DNA of 64,000 nt from a virus. A program made the position numbers and the translations under genes. How positions within the stretch are numbered: position 1 is the first letter of the stretch; each line of letters starts with the position of its first letter. Below the pieces are notes generated by a model. The model did no database searches and had not been told where the DNA came from. It saw only the letters and a program-made list of their open reading frames with translations. The stretch lies in the UHGV virus genome UHGV-0018629. One strand, given 5' to 3'. Positions 1 through 9,560 of this stretch are shown piece by piece.

Positions 1-159
1 GGTATTCAAAGCGTTCTCGGAAATAGTGGAGGTGTTACTGGACTATCTAATTCGCTTTCACGACTTAGTAGATTAGGGGGAACTGCAGGAAGCATTTCAA
101 ATATTAATACTATGACAGGAATTGTCAATTCGCAAAGTAAAATATTAGGAGCAATATAA
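1..159 (+). CDS. 3' end (C-terminal ~52 aa) of a late structural gene entering from upstream; by synteny with T4, possibly the baseplate gp54 homologue
   Basis: Frame 1 open from window edge to TAA at 157-159, followed by a perfect hairpin; identity from position only. Confidence 0.35.
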   Translation, partial: GIQSVLGNSGGVTGLSNSLSRLSRLGGTAGSISNINTMTGIVNSQSKILGAI

Positions 160-478
160 CAATGGGGACCTTTCGGTCCCCATTGTTATATTTACGGAAT
201 GAAATAAAAGCAGCAACTGAAGCAACTAAACTTTCTTCAATATAAACCTCAATTTTTACCGGAGCTTCTGACTCAAATTTACCTGTTACTACACCTTGGA
301 AAATACTTTCAGTCTGCTCTGGCTTTGAAAAATTTTCAGAAGGAAAAATTCCGAACTTTTTATCGGTTCCGAAAATTTTAATAAATTCATCATAAACTGC
401 TTCATTGAAAGCGTTATCAGCTGGAATAACGCCCTCAACGACGAGTTCTTGACCTAAAAAGCGCAAAGAAGATTTCAT
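125..478 (-). CDS. Hypothetical early protein (117 aa)
   Basis: ORF track; GAGGA Shine-Dalgarno 8 nt upstream of ATG; early promoter at 510-539; 3' end overlaps the convergent plus-strand CDS. Confidence 0.5.
   Translation of the reverse strand: MKSSLRFLGQELVVEGVIPADNAFNEAVYDEFIKIFGTDKKFGIFPSENFSKPEQTESIFQGVVTGKFESEAPVKIEVYIEESLVASVAAFISFRKYNNGDRKVPIVILLLIFYFAN
159..187. terminator. Perfect hairpin (caatggggacc-tttc-ggtccccattg) between convergent genes
   Basis: 13-bp stem read directly. Confidence 0.55.
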
Positions 479-509
479 TTTGTGTTCCTCATATTATGTC
501 AGTAAGACT

Positions 510-539
510 ATTATAACACAACACGAGGGACTTGTAAAC
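510..539 (-). promoter_or_regulatory. T4-type early promoter (-35 GTTTAC, 18 bp, -10 TATAAT)
   Basis: Reverse complement of gtaaac (534-539) and attata (510-515). Confidence 0.7.
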
Positions 540-2596
540 TACATCTTGAACTTTTTAGACATTCCGTTGATGTTAACCAAAGAAGCCAATATTTGAGAAA
601 CTTCGTTTTCCTCTTCTTTTGATTCTTCTACAAGGAATTGATTAAACCCAGCCATTGGACGAACTTCACCAGTTTCCATTAGATGATCGCCATCATATAC
701 TGATTCTTCTAATTGTTCAGAAGGAGGAACGATTGTGCCTTCGATTAGATACTTATTATAAGCAGTTTCTTTCGTCATGTACGTACTTACTTTATTAATC
801 TTCAGTAAAATTCCACGTGGCAAAATAACTTCAGCTTCGGATGGAAATCCTGATAAATGACCTGGAACGATAACTTTAACTCGTTCAGCTCCTTTAATTA
901 CCATACCTACATTAGTTTCAGCGTCTTCATTCGCATATGTAGAATGACTACCCATATGCATTAAATCTTCGGCATCAACTGAACCTTCTCCTTCGCCAGA
1001 AAATACTGCTCCGGAATCATCTAGAGCCATATAATTTTTACCATACTCACCAAAGATATTTGGTTTAAGTGATGTCGATACGAAGTTCTTGAAATAGAAC
1101 ATTTTATTTTCAATGTTATGACGCAAAGTTTTAAAGGTAACTTCTTGCCCGCGATAAAGAGTAGTTCCTGGAGGAAGAACTGAACCTTTAGTAAATGCAG
1201 AATCCAACGCTTCGATGTTCTTAATAGCACGTTCCATATATTCTTCACGGGTGGAATCTGGTTTACCTAAAAGGAACGAGTTCATTTCAACATATGAATC
1301 TGCACAATACTCTTCAATTACATCAGACTCAGCCTGAGTTAATCCTTTTGGAGTTACTTCAGTGCTTGCATATTCATACGCCTGAGCAGCGGATTCATCA
1401 ATCAATTTATAAATTCCATTCATTACAAATTGAATAATAGCTGTCTTTTCATCTGGTGTAGCTTTAGAACCTTTAACTAAATCATTGATAATTTTCTTAA
1501 TAACATCAAAGCTATTAGAAATATTAATATCAGCAAGATCGCTTAAAATTTTATCAGCTTTATAATTAAAAAATTCTTTATTCTTTGAATATTCCTGAGA
1601 ACCTTGATATGATATATCGCTCTGCAACTTGATAGATGGATCACGTAAACGTGCATGAGCCAATGCAATATGATTTCTGAAGCTTTCTAATTCATAATCG
1701 CTAGATTTAAAACGAGAAGCACTTCTCATACCACCGATAGCTCCTTTGCTGAAGTTTGAACCAACTTGAATAACACCAGAGTTCATCGGTCCTTCTGCTT
1801 TATATACCGGAACTTTAGATTCAAACTCTTGATATTTCTTGGCAGCGAAGCTATCACCCTGAAGTGAAGCATCAACAGTAGAATATTGAGCTTGTGCTGC
1901 TAATCGACGACTAATTTTAGTTTTTTGAATAACAACTTGATCCGTGCGCTTATCATTTTCTAAAGCAATAGAAGCAGCAACAGCAACAGCTTTAGGAACA
2001 GCATTTCCTGTTTTAACGTCTACATAAACATCACCGACCTTTGATTCAACTTTTGTGAATAGCTCTGTTGAAATAGGAGGTACACCTGGAATGTCTTCTA
2101 AATTGGCATTTTTACGGTAAACCATAATATATGCATACTTTTTATCATAATCCCAGATTTCCTTTAAAAGAACGTATCGACCTGCTCCTTTAGTACGTAC
2201 TAAACGGTCAGCAATAACTTGCATTTGACGAGCTGCGCCATTTGTTTTACTCTTTAGTACGCGGAATAAGCATGCATCAATTTTATACTGTTTCATTGTT
2301 TGAAGAGCAGTATCAAAAACCGCATTAATGACACCAATTGGATTTCCACCTAAGTTTTTAAGTTTAACTAATGATAGTTTCTCATTAACACCTATCATTA
2401 CGATATGCATCATTTTATCGCCTGGCTTAACGTTTTTATTTGTATCACCACCAGAAGTGTATGTACAAAATCTAAATCCAGGGAGAACACTTTCTTCACC
2501 GGCTTGAATAGCAAAAATTTGAGGTATTTTATGCTTAGGATTTAAGTTAACAACCGGCGCCGAAGCGCCGTCAAATAATTCTGTAATAAGTTCCAT
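539..2596 (-). CDS. alt: Alt-like ADP-ribosyltransferase (685 aa), packaged internal-protein type, paralogue 1
   Basis: N-terminus MELITELFD (capsid-targeting/prohead-protease-type leader); C-terminal R-S-E ART motifs (YRGQ, FVSTSL, EAEVILPRG); size close to T4 Alt. Confidence 0.8.
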   Translation of the reverse strand: MELITELFDGASAPVVNLNPKHKIPQIFAIQAGEESVLPGFRFCTYTSGGDTNKNVKPGDKMMHIVMIGVNEKLSLVKLKNLGGNPIGVINAVFDTALQTMKQYKIDACLFRVLKSKTNGAARQMQVIADRLVRTKGAGRYVLLKEIWDYDKKYAYIMVYRKNANLEDIPGVPPISTELFTKVESKVGDVYVDVKTGNAVPKAVAVAASIALENDKRTDQVVIQKTKISRRLAAQAQYSTVDASLQGDSFAAKKYQEFESKVPVYKAEGPMNSGVIQVGSNFSKGAIGGMRSASRFKSSDYELESFRNHIALAHARLRDPSIKLQSDISYQGSQEYSKNKEFFNYKADKILSDLADINISNSFDVIKKIINDLVKGSKATPDEKTAIIQFVMNGIYKLIDESAAQAYEYASTEVTPKGLTQAESDVIEEYCADSYVEMNSFLLGKPDSTREEYMERAIKNIEALDSAFTKGSVLPPGTTLYRGQEVTFKTLRHNIENKMFYFKNFVSTSLKPNIFGEYGKNYMALDDSGAVFSGEGEGSVDAEDLMHMGSHSTYANEDAETNVGMVIKGAERVKVIVPGHLSGFPSEAEVILPRGILLKINKVSTYMTKETAYNKYLIEGTIVPPSEQLEESVYDGDHLMETGEVRPMAGFNQFLVEESKEEENEVSQILASLVNINGMSKKFKM

Positions 2597-2599
2597 GAT

Positions 2600-4696
2600 T
2601 TATCCTTGAACGAACTTGTAAGGCATGTTTGTAATATCTATGCAAGACGCAATAATTCCAAGAGATGATTCTACTTTTTGTTTAACATTTGATGAAACAA
2701 ATGATGCAAAGTCAACTCTGTCTTCTATTTCAATATCACCTGTCATTGCAACTACTTCACCGGTTTCCATTAGATGGTCTCCGTCATAGATTACCGATTC
2801 GGTGAGTTCTTCTATGGTCATAACTTCAGCTTGAATGAGTTTTGTATTATTAGATGTTGTTCCGTCATTATTAGAAGCATCAGTTATTTTATTAACTTTA
2901 ACCATCAATCCGCGCGGTAGAATAACTTCAGCTTCTGTTGCTATTCCGAGACTTCCTGGATATACAACATTAACTTTATGAGCTCCATCAATTGCCCATC
3001 CTATTTGAACTTTAACGTATTCAGGATTTTCTTTATACGCTCTTATTTCATTTGGATTAATAGTTATTCCTTCTTCATTTTTATCAACTGTCAATTCATT
3101 ACGAGCTTCTGGTTCTAAAAGACCAATACCAGCATGTGTAATTCCAAAACGTCCAAAAATGATAGGAGTTAAAGAAGTAGATACAAAATTTCTGAAATAG
3201 AACACTTTATTTTTAACTAGTGCTTCGTATATAGGAGCAGTCATACTTTGAGCACGATAAACTGTGATGCCTTCCGGTATACGGTCACCATTTTCAAAAG
3301 CTGAATCTAAGTTATTTATAGCAGATTCAATTTCTTTTTCACTCATTACATCATATCGTTCTGGATTGTAACGACCTAAAAGAAGATTATTGATGTCAGT
3401 ATATCCTGAACCGCAATATTCTCTAATGCCACGCTTTTGTAATGGAGTATATTTAGAACCATCGCGGGCAATAGTAATATCAATCATTGAACCAGCACCA
3501 ATTCCAGAAAAACTGTAAATCATTCGTTTGAGGAATTTAGTTTTTGCTGCGTTCCAGGAATTTTTAGTTATTTCTTCCCAGACTTCATCTGGTTGTCCTT
3601 TACGGGTTTTATTATGACTAGCAAGCCATTTATCTTTATAATCTTCAAAGAATTTATTAACAGCTGCTGCGTATTTCTCTAAACATTTTATTGAAGTAGT
3701 TGGTTCATTTTTAATCGCGTTAAAAATTACATCTTTAATTTTTTCTGAAACTTCACCGACTTGACTCATTGGAAAGAATTTATAGTCATAGTGAAGTTCA
3801 TCTGCAGTTCCTTCAGCAATAATTTTTGCTGCCTTAGTTTTAGAAGCCAATGAATTAATTCCAAGTTTCATTTCTTCTGCTTCGGGAATTAAAGGAGCGG
3901 TAGCAGGTTTATTGAAATTAGCTGCGGTAGATTCATACTTCTGGAATAATTCACTTTCAAATCTAGAAGATTCTAATGATTGACTTTGTGCAATTGCTCT
4001 ACGGGAAATTTTAACTTTAACGATTACAGCTTGGTCAGAACGTTTATCGTTTTCTTGCGCAATAGATGCTGCAATTGCCTCATTTTTAGTTACTTGAGCT
4101 CCGGTATCTTTATTGATATAAACATCACCGACCTTCGATTCAACTTTAGTAAAGAGCTCGGTACTAATTTCCGGAACTCCTGGAATGTCTTCTAGTGATA
4201 CATTTTTGCGATGTATAAGAATATATGCATACTTTTTATCATAATCCCAGAGTTCCTTAAGAAGGACATATCTGCCACCTGAACGACTACGGATAAGTCT
4301 ATCAGCAATAACTTGAATTTGTCGAGCTTGACCAGCGGTTTTAGACTTAAGAATACGAAGCATGCAAGCATCAATTTTATACTGACGCATTGTTTGCATT
4401 GCAACAGTAAAAACTGAATTAATATAATTAATTGGGCTTGGACCGAGACCTTTCAATTTAGCAATTGAACCTTTAGCGGTTAATGTAAAAGGAACAATGT
4501 GCATCATTTTATCGCCCATTTTTAAATCACGGTTAGTATCACCTCCAGATGTATAGGTGCATAGACGAAAGCCTGGTTGTTCAATTGCATCATCAACGTG
4601 AACTGAAAAAATTTGTGGTATTTTCTTCTTTGGATTTAAGTTTGTAATCGGAAGAGTAGTATCTTCGTCAAATAATTCTGTAATAAGTTCCATCAT
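2600..4696 (-). CDS. alt: Alt-like ADP-ribosyltransferase (698 aa), paralogue 2, in tandem with the first
   Basis: First ~240 aa nearly collinear with ORF 539-2596, divergent centre, conserved ART motifs (YRAQ, FVSTSL, EAEVILPRG); 3-nt intergenic gap. Confidence 0.8.
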   Translation of the reverse strand: MMELITELFDEDTTLPITNLNPKKKIPQIFSVHVDDAIEQPGFRLCTYTSGGDTNRDLKMGDKMMHIVPFTLTAKGSIAKLKGLGPSPINYINSVFTVAMQTMRQYKIDACMLRILKSKTAGQARQIQVIADRLIRSRSGGRYVLLKELWDYDKKYAYILIHRKNVSLEDIPGVPEISTELFTKVESKVGDVYINKDTGAQVTKNEAIAASIAQENDKRSDQAVIVKVKISRRAIAQSQSLESSRFESELFQKYESTAANFNKPATAPLIPEAEEMKLGINSLASKTKAAKIIAEGTADELHYDYKFFPMSQVGEVSEKIKDVIFNAIKNEPTTSIKCLEKYAAAVNKFFEDYKDKWLASHNKTRKGQPDEVWEEITKNSWNAAKTKFLKRMIYSFSGIGAGSMIDITIARDGSKYTPLQKRGIREYCGSGYTDINNLLLGRYNPERYDVMSEKEIESAINNLDSAFENGDRIPEGITVYRAQSMTAPIYEALVKNKVFYFRNFVSTSLTPIIFGRFGITHAGIGLLEPEARNELTVDKNEEGITINPNEIRAYKENPEYVKVQIGWAIDGAHKVNVVYPGSLGIATEAEVILPRGLMVKVNKITDASNNDGTTSNNTKLIQAEVMTIEELTESVIYDGDHLMETGEVVAMTGDIEIEDRVDFASFVSSNVKQKVESSLGIIASCIDITNMPYKFVQG

Positions 4697-4716
4697 ATCC
4701 TCTCTAGTGTTTATTC

Positions 4717-4724
4717 TATTTATA
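4717..4724 (-). promoter_or_regulatory. Late promoter TATAAATA for the alt tandem
   Basis: Reverse complement of tatttata about 20 nt upstream of alt paralogue 2 ATG. Confidence 0.6.
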
Positions 4725-4728
4725 AAAT

Positions 4729-4748
4729 TAAAGGCCCGAAGGCCTTTA
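4729..4748 (-). terminator. Hairpin ttaaaggcc-cgaa-ggcctttaa separating the early unit from the alt late promoter
   Basis: Inverted repeat with CGAA loop. Confidence 0.45.
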
Positions 4749-4934
4749 ATAATCTATTGGTAAGAGAGTACGGTATATTTCAAACTTTGGACCTTTTTCA
4801 TAGGCATCAAATGTTTCTGTAAATTTATTATAAGCGTATGCATCTACAAATTCAAGCATGATTTGTGATACAGAAGTAGAAACATCTCCACCTTCTTTTT
4901 GAGCAACGACAATTGTTTCTAAGTAAGCTTTCAT
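4746..4934 (-). CDS. Hypothetical small protein (62 aa)
   Basis: ORF track; start overlaps ligase stop (coupled). Confidence 0.45.
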   Translation of the reverse strand: MKAYLETIVVAQKEGGDVSTSVSQIMLEFVDAYAYNKFTETFDAYEKGPKFEIYRTLLPIDY

Positions 4935-6394
4935 AGACCAGTTACCTCATGAAAATCACCAAATACATCCTCGAATGTATTAGCTTTAGTTTTATCTTCA
5001 CGCAAACGAATCGCAATCGGAAGAAATAATTTAACGTAATCAGTGCGACCATCAGATTTTAACCAACCGTTGCATTCGCACTCTAGAATTTTTCCAATAT
5101 AATAATTTTGGTTTTCCATAATGCGAGTACGGTCAAGTTCATGCGATTTTACACCGGCTTTATCTTTTAAGCCTGAACCAGCATTTACTTTAATTTTTCC
5201 ACATTCTGATTCAAGAATAAATCCACCCGCTTTAGTAGGGTCTTTACGGTGAGGATAAATTCCTACAATTTTTAAATCAACATCAATTACTTCTTTAAAT
5301 TTATAGAGATTTTTTGAACGAGCATTTTCCCATAACCCATCAACGTTTTTGAGAATAATACCTTCAAGACCTTGGTCAATATATTTTTTATAAATTACCT
5401 TAGCTTCGTCTAAATTATTTACTACCTGGTTTTCAATTAAAATTACTTTGTCGTATCCTGATGTCATTTGTTCTAGTTTAGAAAAACGTACATCATACTT
5501 CAAACGAAATGCTGGAAGACCGTATATTTCTACCAACGGAACATAATCCCAGACCTGAAACTTCATACATTGAGCTTCTTTTTCTGAAATAGTCCCCTTT
5601 AAAGATTTATTAGCAATTCCATTAGATGCAGTACGTGATTCAGCTACTTCGGCAAACTCTTTAGCTTTACTAATTTCAGGATAAGCATCAAAAAGAAAAT
5701 CTAGGCCTTCTGGCTCCTTTTCAACTTGCTCATGGTATACCAATTCGCCATCAATTAACACACCTTCTGGATGAATCTGGCGGGCTTCAGCGGTCATTTT
5801 GATTAACTCTTCTTTAAGAAAATCTAATCCTAGATATTCATTACCAGCTCGTGATAAAAGACGAACATCGTCTAATTCATCACCTCTGATTTCGGCAAAA
5901 CACCGAGCTCCATCTGCTTTTAACTGTGCAAAGGCTGGAAATTTGATATTCTTATTAATGCCTTTTTCGTCATAAGAACTTGCAAGCATTTGAGGCTGTT
6001 CAGGAATTAAACCTGGCCAGACTTTGTTTGCAATAGATACAGAAGCACCACATTCAAGGTCTCGCATCATCACTCGACGCAAAACTTCAACATCATCTTT
6101 TTTACCGTCAGTAATATAACCAATTAATTCTTCAATTGCCGCATTTCCGGTTAATTTCCGAGTAGCTAACGTGAATTCAATAAAATCAAGCATATCGGTA
6201 ATAGTCAACATTCCAAAACTCTGGGTGGCAATGCCGGGTTTAGGCCATTTTTTGATATAATACTGCAACCCGCGAGAATAAGTTAGACGATATACTCGTT
6301 TAAGCAATTCATTATCTTTATTCTTTTCAAGAATTGCCTGCTTCTGTTTAGTTGATCCAATAGATGCTATTTCATTCAGAATTTTAAGAATCAT
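4931..6394 (-). CDS. 30: ATP-dependent DNA ligase (gp30)
   Basis: 487 aa, same length as T4 ligase as I recall it; KADG adenylation motif (QLKADGARCF); N-terminus MILKILNEIAS. Confidence 0.93.
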   Translation of the reverse strand: MILKILNEIASIGSTKQKQAILEKNKDNELLKRVYRLTYSRGLQYYIKKWPKPGIATQSFGMLTITDMLDFIEFTLATRKLTGNAAIEELIGYITDGKKDDVEVLRRVMMRDLECGASVSIANKVWPGLIPEQPQMLASSYDEKGINKNIKFPAFAQLKADGARCFAEIRGDELDDVRLLSRAGNEYLGLDFLKEELIKMTAEARQIHPEGVLIDGELVYHEQVEKEPEGLDFLFDAYPEISKAKEFAEVAESRTASNGIANKSLKGTISEKEAQCMKFQVWDYVPLVEIYGLPAFRLKYDVRFSKLEQMTSGYDKVILIENQVVNNLDEAKVIYKKYIDQGLEGIILKNVDGLWENARSKNLYKFKEVIDVDLKIVGIYPHRKDPTKAGGFILESECGKIKVNAGSGLKDKAGVKSHELDRTRIMENQNYYIGKILECECNGWLKSDGRTDYVKLFLPIAIRLREDKTKANTFEDVFGDFHEVTGL

Positions 6395-6660
6395 TATTCG
6401 TCCTTCAGAGTTTGGTTTACAGCTCTATTATAAATCAATTCATCATTAAGCTCAGTCAAAGACCTATGATATGTAGTTCTAACTTTATTTCCTTGCATCC
6501 AGTGCTTGATATAAATGAAACCTTGCTCTACACATTTTTTAAAAATTCGTTCGTCTTTTTGAGCTCGGAATTCTGGATTGCATCTAAAAAATTGATTTAC
6601 GTGACCGTAATCACGTGTAGTATTACCTTCATTTTCATAAATAGTGTGAACGACAAACAT
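6394..6660 (-). CDS. Hypothetical protein (30.1 position)
   Basis: ORF track, 88 aa, coupled to neighbours. Confidence 0.5.
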   Translation of the reverse strand: MFVVHTIYENEGNTTRDYGHVNQFFRCNPEFRAQKDERIFKKCVEQGFIYIKHWMQGNKVRTTYHRSLTELNDELIYNRAVNQTLKDE

Positions 6661-7505
6661 TAGAATGCTCCTTGGAAAATATTATCACCACAAGTAGGTC
6701 TATTATACAAATACTCTATGCCACCAGGTTTAATATAGTTCCATGTCTGAAATGGATGTGTCTGATATAGATGATATGGATTATAATGATTATAAGGATT
6801 AAATCCAGGAGTTCTCCAGGTAGTGTTCCAAGGAAAAGAATCGTTTTTAATCATCTTCTCGATTGCATCTTTTATAGCTTTTTCACTATCAAAACTTTCT
6901 TTATTTTCCTTTGGTGAAAAAAGCTTATTTTCTATATCATTCCATGTATAAACTCGCTGAGCAGTTTTTGGAATATTGTCACGCTCTCCTCGAGCCATCC
7001 AATAAACAGGAACATTTAATATTTCACTCGCATGATCACAATGATGAGCGAGATCGTCAATATAACAAATTACATTATATTTCTCTTTTGCCTTTTTGAA
7101 CAACTCTTCTTTTGAAGAATCATGTCCACACATCATTACTTCTGAGAAGGCACCAGGAAAAAGAGCATTCAAATTAAATTGACGATTCAACAGAGCATCA
7201 ATAGAATCACCCAGTGCTGTAACAGCCACAAAATTATAATCTTCTTTTAATTTGTTAATTACACACAGAGCATCTTTGTACGGAGACAAGTAACGAATAA
7301 AATCTGAGCGATTGTATTTTTCAATTAACTTGACACCAAGCTCTTCATCACAATTAAAGAGTTTACCTGGAGAAATAAATTTCTCATCTTGGATCATTTT
7401 TAAAATATGTTCTAATGGAAGATTATATTTCTGAGCAAAATAAGGAAGGCCCGATTGCCAGCTTAAACATACTCCATCAATATCAGTTAAAATAGTAGGC
7501 TTCAT
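6660..7505 (-). CDS. HAD-superfamily hydrolase-like protein (30.2 position)
   Basis: N-terminal DIDGV motif typical of HAD phosphatases/nucleotidases; 281 aa. Confidence 0.6.
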   Translation of the reverse strand: MKPTILTDIDGVCLSWQSGLPYFAQKYNLPLEHILKMIQDEKFISPGKLFNCDEELGVKLIEKYNRSDFIRYLSPYKDALCVINKLKEDYNFVAVTALGDSIDALLNRQFNLNALFPGAFSEVMMCGHDSSKEELFKKAKEKYNVICYIDDLAHHCDHASEILNVPVYWMARGERDNIPKTAQRVYTWNDIENKLFSPKENKESFDSEKAIKDAIEKMIKNDSFPWNTTWRTPGFNPYNHYNPYHLYQTHPFQTWNYIKPGGIEYLYNRPTCGDNIFQGAF

Positions 7506-7966
7506 AGAGAGTCTCTTAATAGGTTTAACACATCAATAAATTCAGCTTCGGTTAGTATTGTATCATCTTTTGTTAGACCACTAGCCATGCTATGCTTCAA
7601 AACTTTTCCTTTCGAGGCTTGTAATGCATCGCGAAAGCCCCTGTTTTGGAACGCTGCTTCAAAATATGCATTTGTGTATAATTCTTTCCACGCTGGAGAG
7701 TATCTTGAAAACGGAGTTCCAAGCCAGAAGAGGGTCCCACGGTCCTGAGCTCTAGCATAAGACCTTCCAGCTTGTTGGGCGGCAAGCCCGGATAACCCAA
7801 ATATACGACGTTGCTGTTCAACATTTTTCACCTTGCAACCTTGGAGGAATCCTTCGAGACCTCCAAATTGAATGCCATCCATAATGAAAGGCCATTGGGC
7901 GAAATTACTTAATGCGCATGATGGCCATCTAAAATTGCTTCTAATCTCTAACTCAGACATTTTCAA
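7502..7966 (-). CDS. NADAR/YbiA-like (DUF1768) domain protein (30.3 position)
   Basis: Motif LSNFAQWPF...DG..F...EGFLQGCK resembles the SNFAxWP signature of E. coli YbiA/NADAR; 154 aa. Confidence 0.5.
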   Translation of the reverse strand: MKMSELEIRSNFRWPSCALSNFAQWPFIMDGIQFGGLEGFLQGCKVKNVEQQRRIFGLSGLAAQQAGRSYARAQDRGTLFWLGTPFSRYSPAWKELYTNAYFEAAFQNRGFRDALQASKGKVLKHSMASGLTKDDTILTEAEFIDVLNLLRDSL

Positions 7967-8159
7967 TGCTTATAATTTCAACATCAGACCAATGACCATA
8001 GCAAGGAAGACGAAATTCAACTGGCCAATCACTACCTTTTTCTAGTATAATAGACTTAACTTGTGGTTCTTCATGTTCATCAGTATATGGATTTTTATCT
8101 GTTACTTTATATGTGACCTTAATGTACTGAATTCCAAAAATCTTATTAATTATGTTCAT
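7953..8159 (-). CDS. Hypothetical protein (68 aa)
   Basis: ORF track. Confidence 0.4.
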   Translation of the reverse strand: MNIINKIFGIQYIKVTYKVTDKNPYTDEHEEPQVKSIILEKGSDWPVEFRLPCYGHWSDVEIISIENV

Positions 8160-8353
8160 ACTAATTCCTTTAATCCGTAAATAGGAGATAATTCATCACC
8201 CATACGAAGGTCTTCATTTCCATCTACCCAGGAAACAATATAAGCCTCCTTTATTTGAATACCACTCCATTTAAATGGAGGTAGAACCTTAGAAATTAAT
8301 CCAGGTATACCGACTCCCTTTAATTCAACAGTTTGACCTAAAAAGAATTTCAT
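8156..8353 (-). CDS. Hypothetical protein (65 aa)
   Basis: ORF track. Confidence 0.4.
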   Translation of the reverse strand: MKFFLGQTVELKGVGIPGLISKVLPPFKWSGIQIKEAYIVSWVDGNEDLRMGDELSPIYGLKELV

Positions 8354-8640
8354 TAGAACCTCATCTGAAAGCCATGTGATTTAACATTACCACCATCAAT
8401 ATCAGAAATATTGATTTCACACGCAATTGAAGGATCAATGTCAATTTCACGATTAAGTTTAGCGATAGCTAAAGTATCGCGCCCATTTACGGTACGGAAT
8501 TCTAAAGGACAAACCAAATTAACGTAGTTCTTAATCGATTCGCGGGTAGGTTGCAAATGAGCAGGAAGGTCTTTAGGCGCCTTAGAGAAAACCACTTCAC
8601 AGAAATTTTTGCGAGTATCAAAATAAGTAGTCATAAACAT
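8353..8640 (-). CDS. Hypothetical protein (95 aa)
   Basis: ORF track. Confidence 0.45.
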   Translation of the reverse strand: MFMTTYFDTRKNFCEVVFSKAPKDLPAHLQPTRESIKNYVNLVCPLEFRTVNGRDTLAIAKLNREIDIDPSIACEINISDIDGGNVKSHGFQMRF

Positions 8641-8681
8641 AGTATTTTCCTCAGTAAGGGGCCGAAGCCCCTCATTTCATT

Positions 8682-9047
8682 TTAAATATCAAATTCGTTA
8701 AGAACTACATCAAAGATTGCTTCAAGATGCTCAGGTTTAGCTCTGTTACTCAGAATATGACGAATCCAAGTTTTAACTAAGAGTTTACGATTAACACCAT
8801 TCCAGCAAGGATGAGTCCCTAAATCGCGTTGACGAAAATCATCATCCAGAGCGATTTTGAAGTTTGAACCTTCCATTGTGATTGAAACCGTGATGCCATT
8901 TTCAAATCGCATATAAACGTAGTTAGGAGTCATATACTGTTCAATTTCGCATACTGATCCATTTTGATGTTTCCAAAGGCAGATGGTATCAATAGAACCT
9001 GCAATACCATTAGAAACATATTTACGTTCGAAGTTGATGTAGTTCAT
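8682..9047 (-). CDS. Hypothetical protein (121 aa)
   Basis: ORF track; early promoter at 9084-9113. Confidence 0.5.
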   Translation of the reverse strand: MNYINFERKYVSNGIAGSIDTICLWKHQNGSVCEIEQYMTPNYVYMRFENGITVSITMEGSNFKIALDDDFRQRDLGTHPCWNGVNRKLLVKTWIRHILSNRAKPEHLEAIFDVVLNEFDI

Positions 9048-9083
9048 TTTATTCTCCAGGATGTTTAATTGCGGTACAGGTAT

Positions 9084-9113
9084 ATAATATCATGTCCTGT
9101 ACCAAAGTAAACT
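9084..9113 (-). promoter_or_regulatory. Early promoter (-35 GTTTAC, AT-rich -10)
   Basis: gtaaac at 9108-9113; flanking inverted repeat gtacagg...cctgtac. Confidence 0.55.
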
Positions 9114-9116
9114 GTT

Positions 9117-9485
9117 TTATGCAACTTTAATCCAATTATCTAAATTTAAAACACCTTTGGCTTTCATTTTTTCGATCAGGTTATCTGCGGTAATGCGTCC
9201 ATTTTGATACCATGTAACATCTTCAGCGTAATCAGTTTCTTCGTCAACGTATGTTTCTGAACGAATTTTACCTGTGATAATAGTTTTTAATTCGTATGTG
9301 TCGCCTGTGAAAAAGTTAGTTAACATGATTTTCCAAGAGAAATCATCAGAAGGACCCTCAGGAGTCATGCAACCTACAAATTCAAATTGTTCTTTATATA
9401 AATGCCACTGAAGTTCTTTAGTTTCGATAGCTTTATAGCCGTCGTGATCTTTACCTTTGATGTATGAGTTAAGATTGATTTTCAT
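9117..9485 (-). CDS. Hypothetical protein (122 aa)
   Basis: ORF track; early promoter at 9513-9542. Confidence 0.5.
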   Translation of the reverse strand: MKINLNSYIKGKDHDGYKAIETKELQWHLYKEQFEFVGCMTPEGPSDDFSWKIMLTNFFTGDTYELKTIITGKIRSETYVDEETDYAEDVTWYQNGRITADNLIEKMKAKGVLNLDNWIKVA

Positions 9486-9512
9486 TTTATTCTCCTTTGT
9501 TTGTGTAAGATA

Positions 9513-9542
9513 ATACTATCACAAAGGAACTATACTGTAAAC
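9513..9542 (-). promoter_or_regulatory. Early promoter (-35 GTTTAC, -10 TAGTAT)
   Basis: gtaaac at 9537-9542. Confidence 0.55.
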
Positions 9543-9560
9543 AACTTTGTGCAATCTTTG

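Noticed and set aside
1021-1248. Small minus-strand ORF inside the first alt paralogue
   Set aside because: Alternative frame within a long conserved gene.
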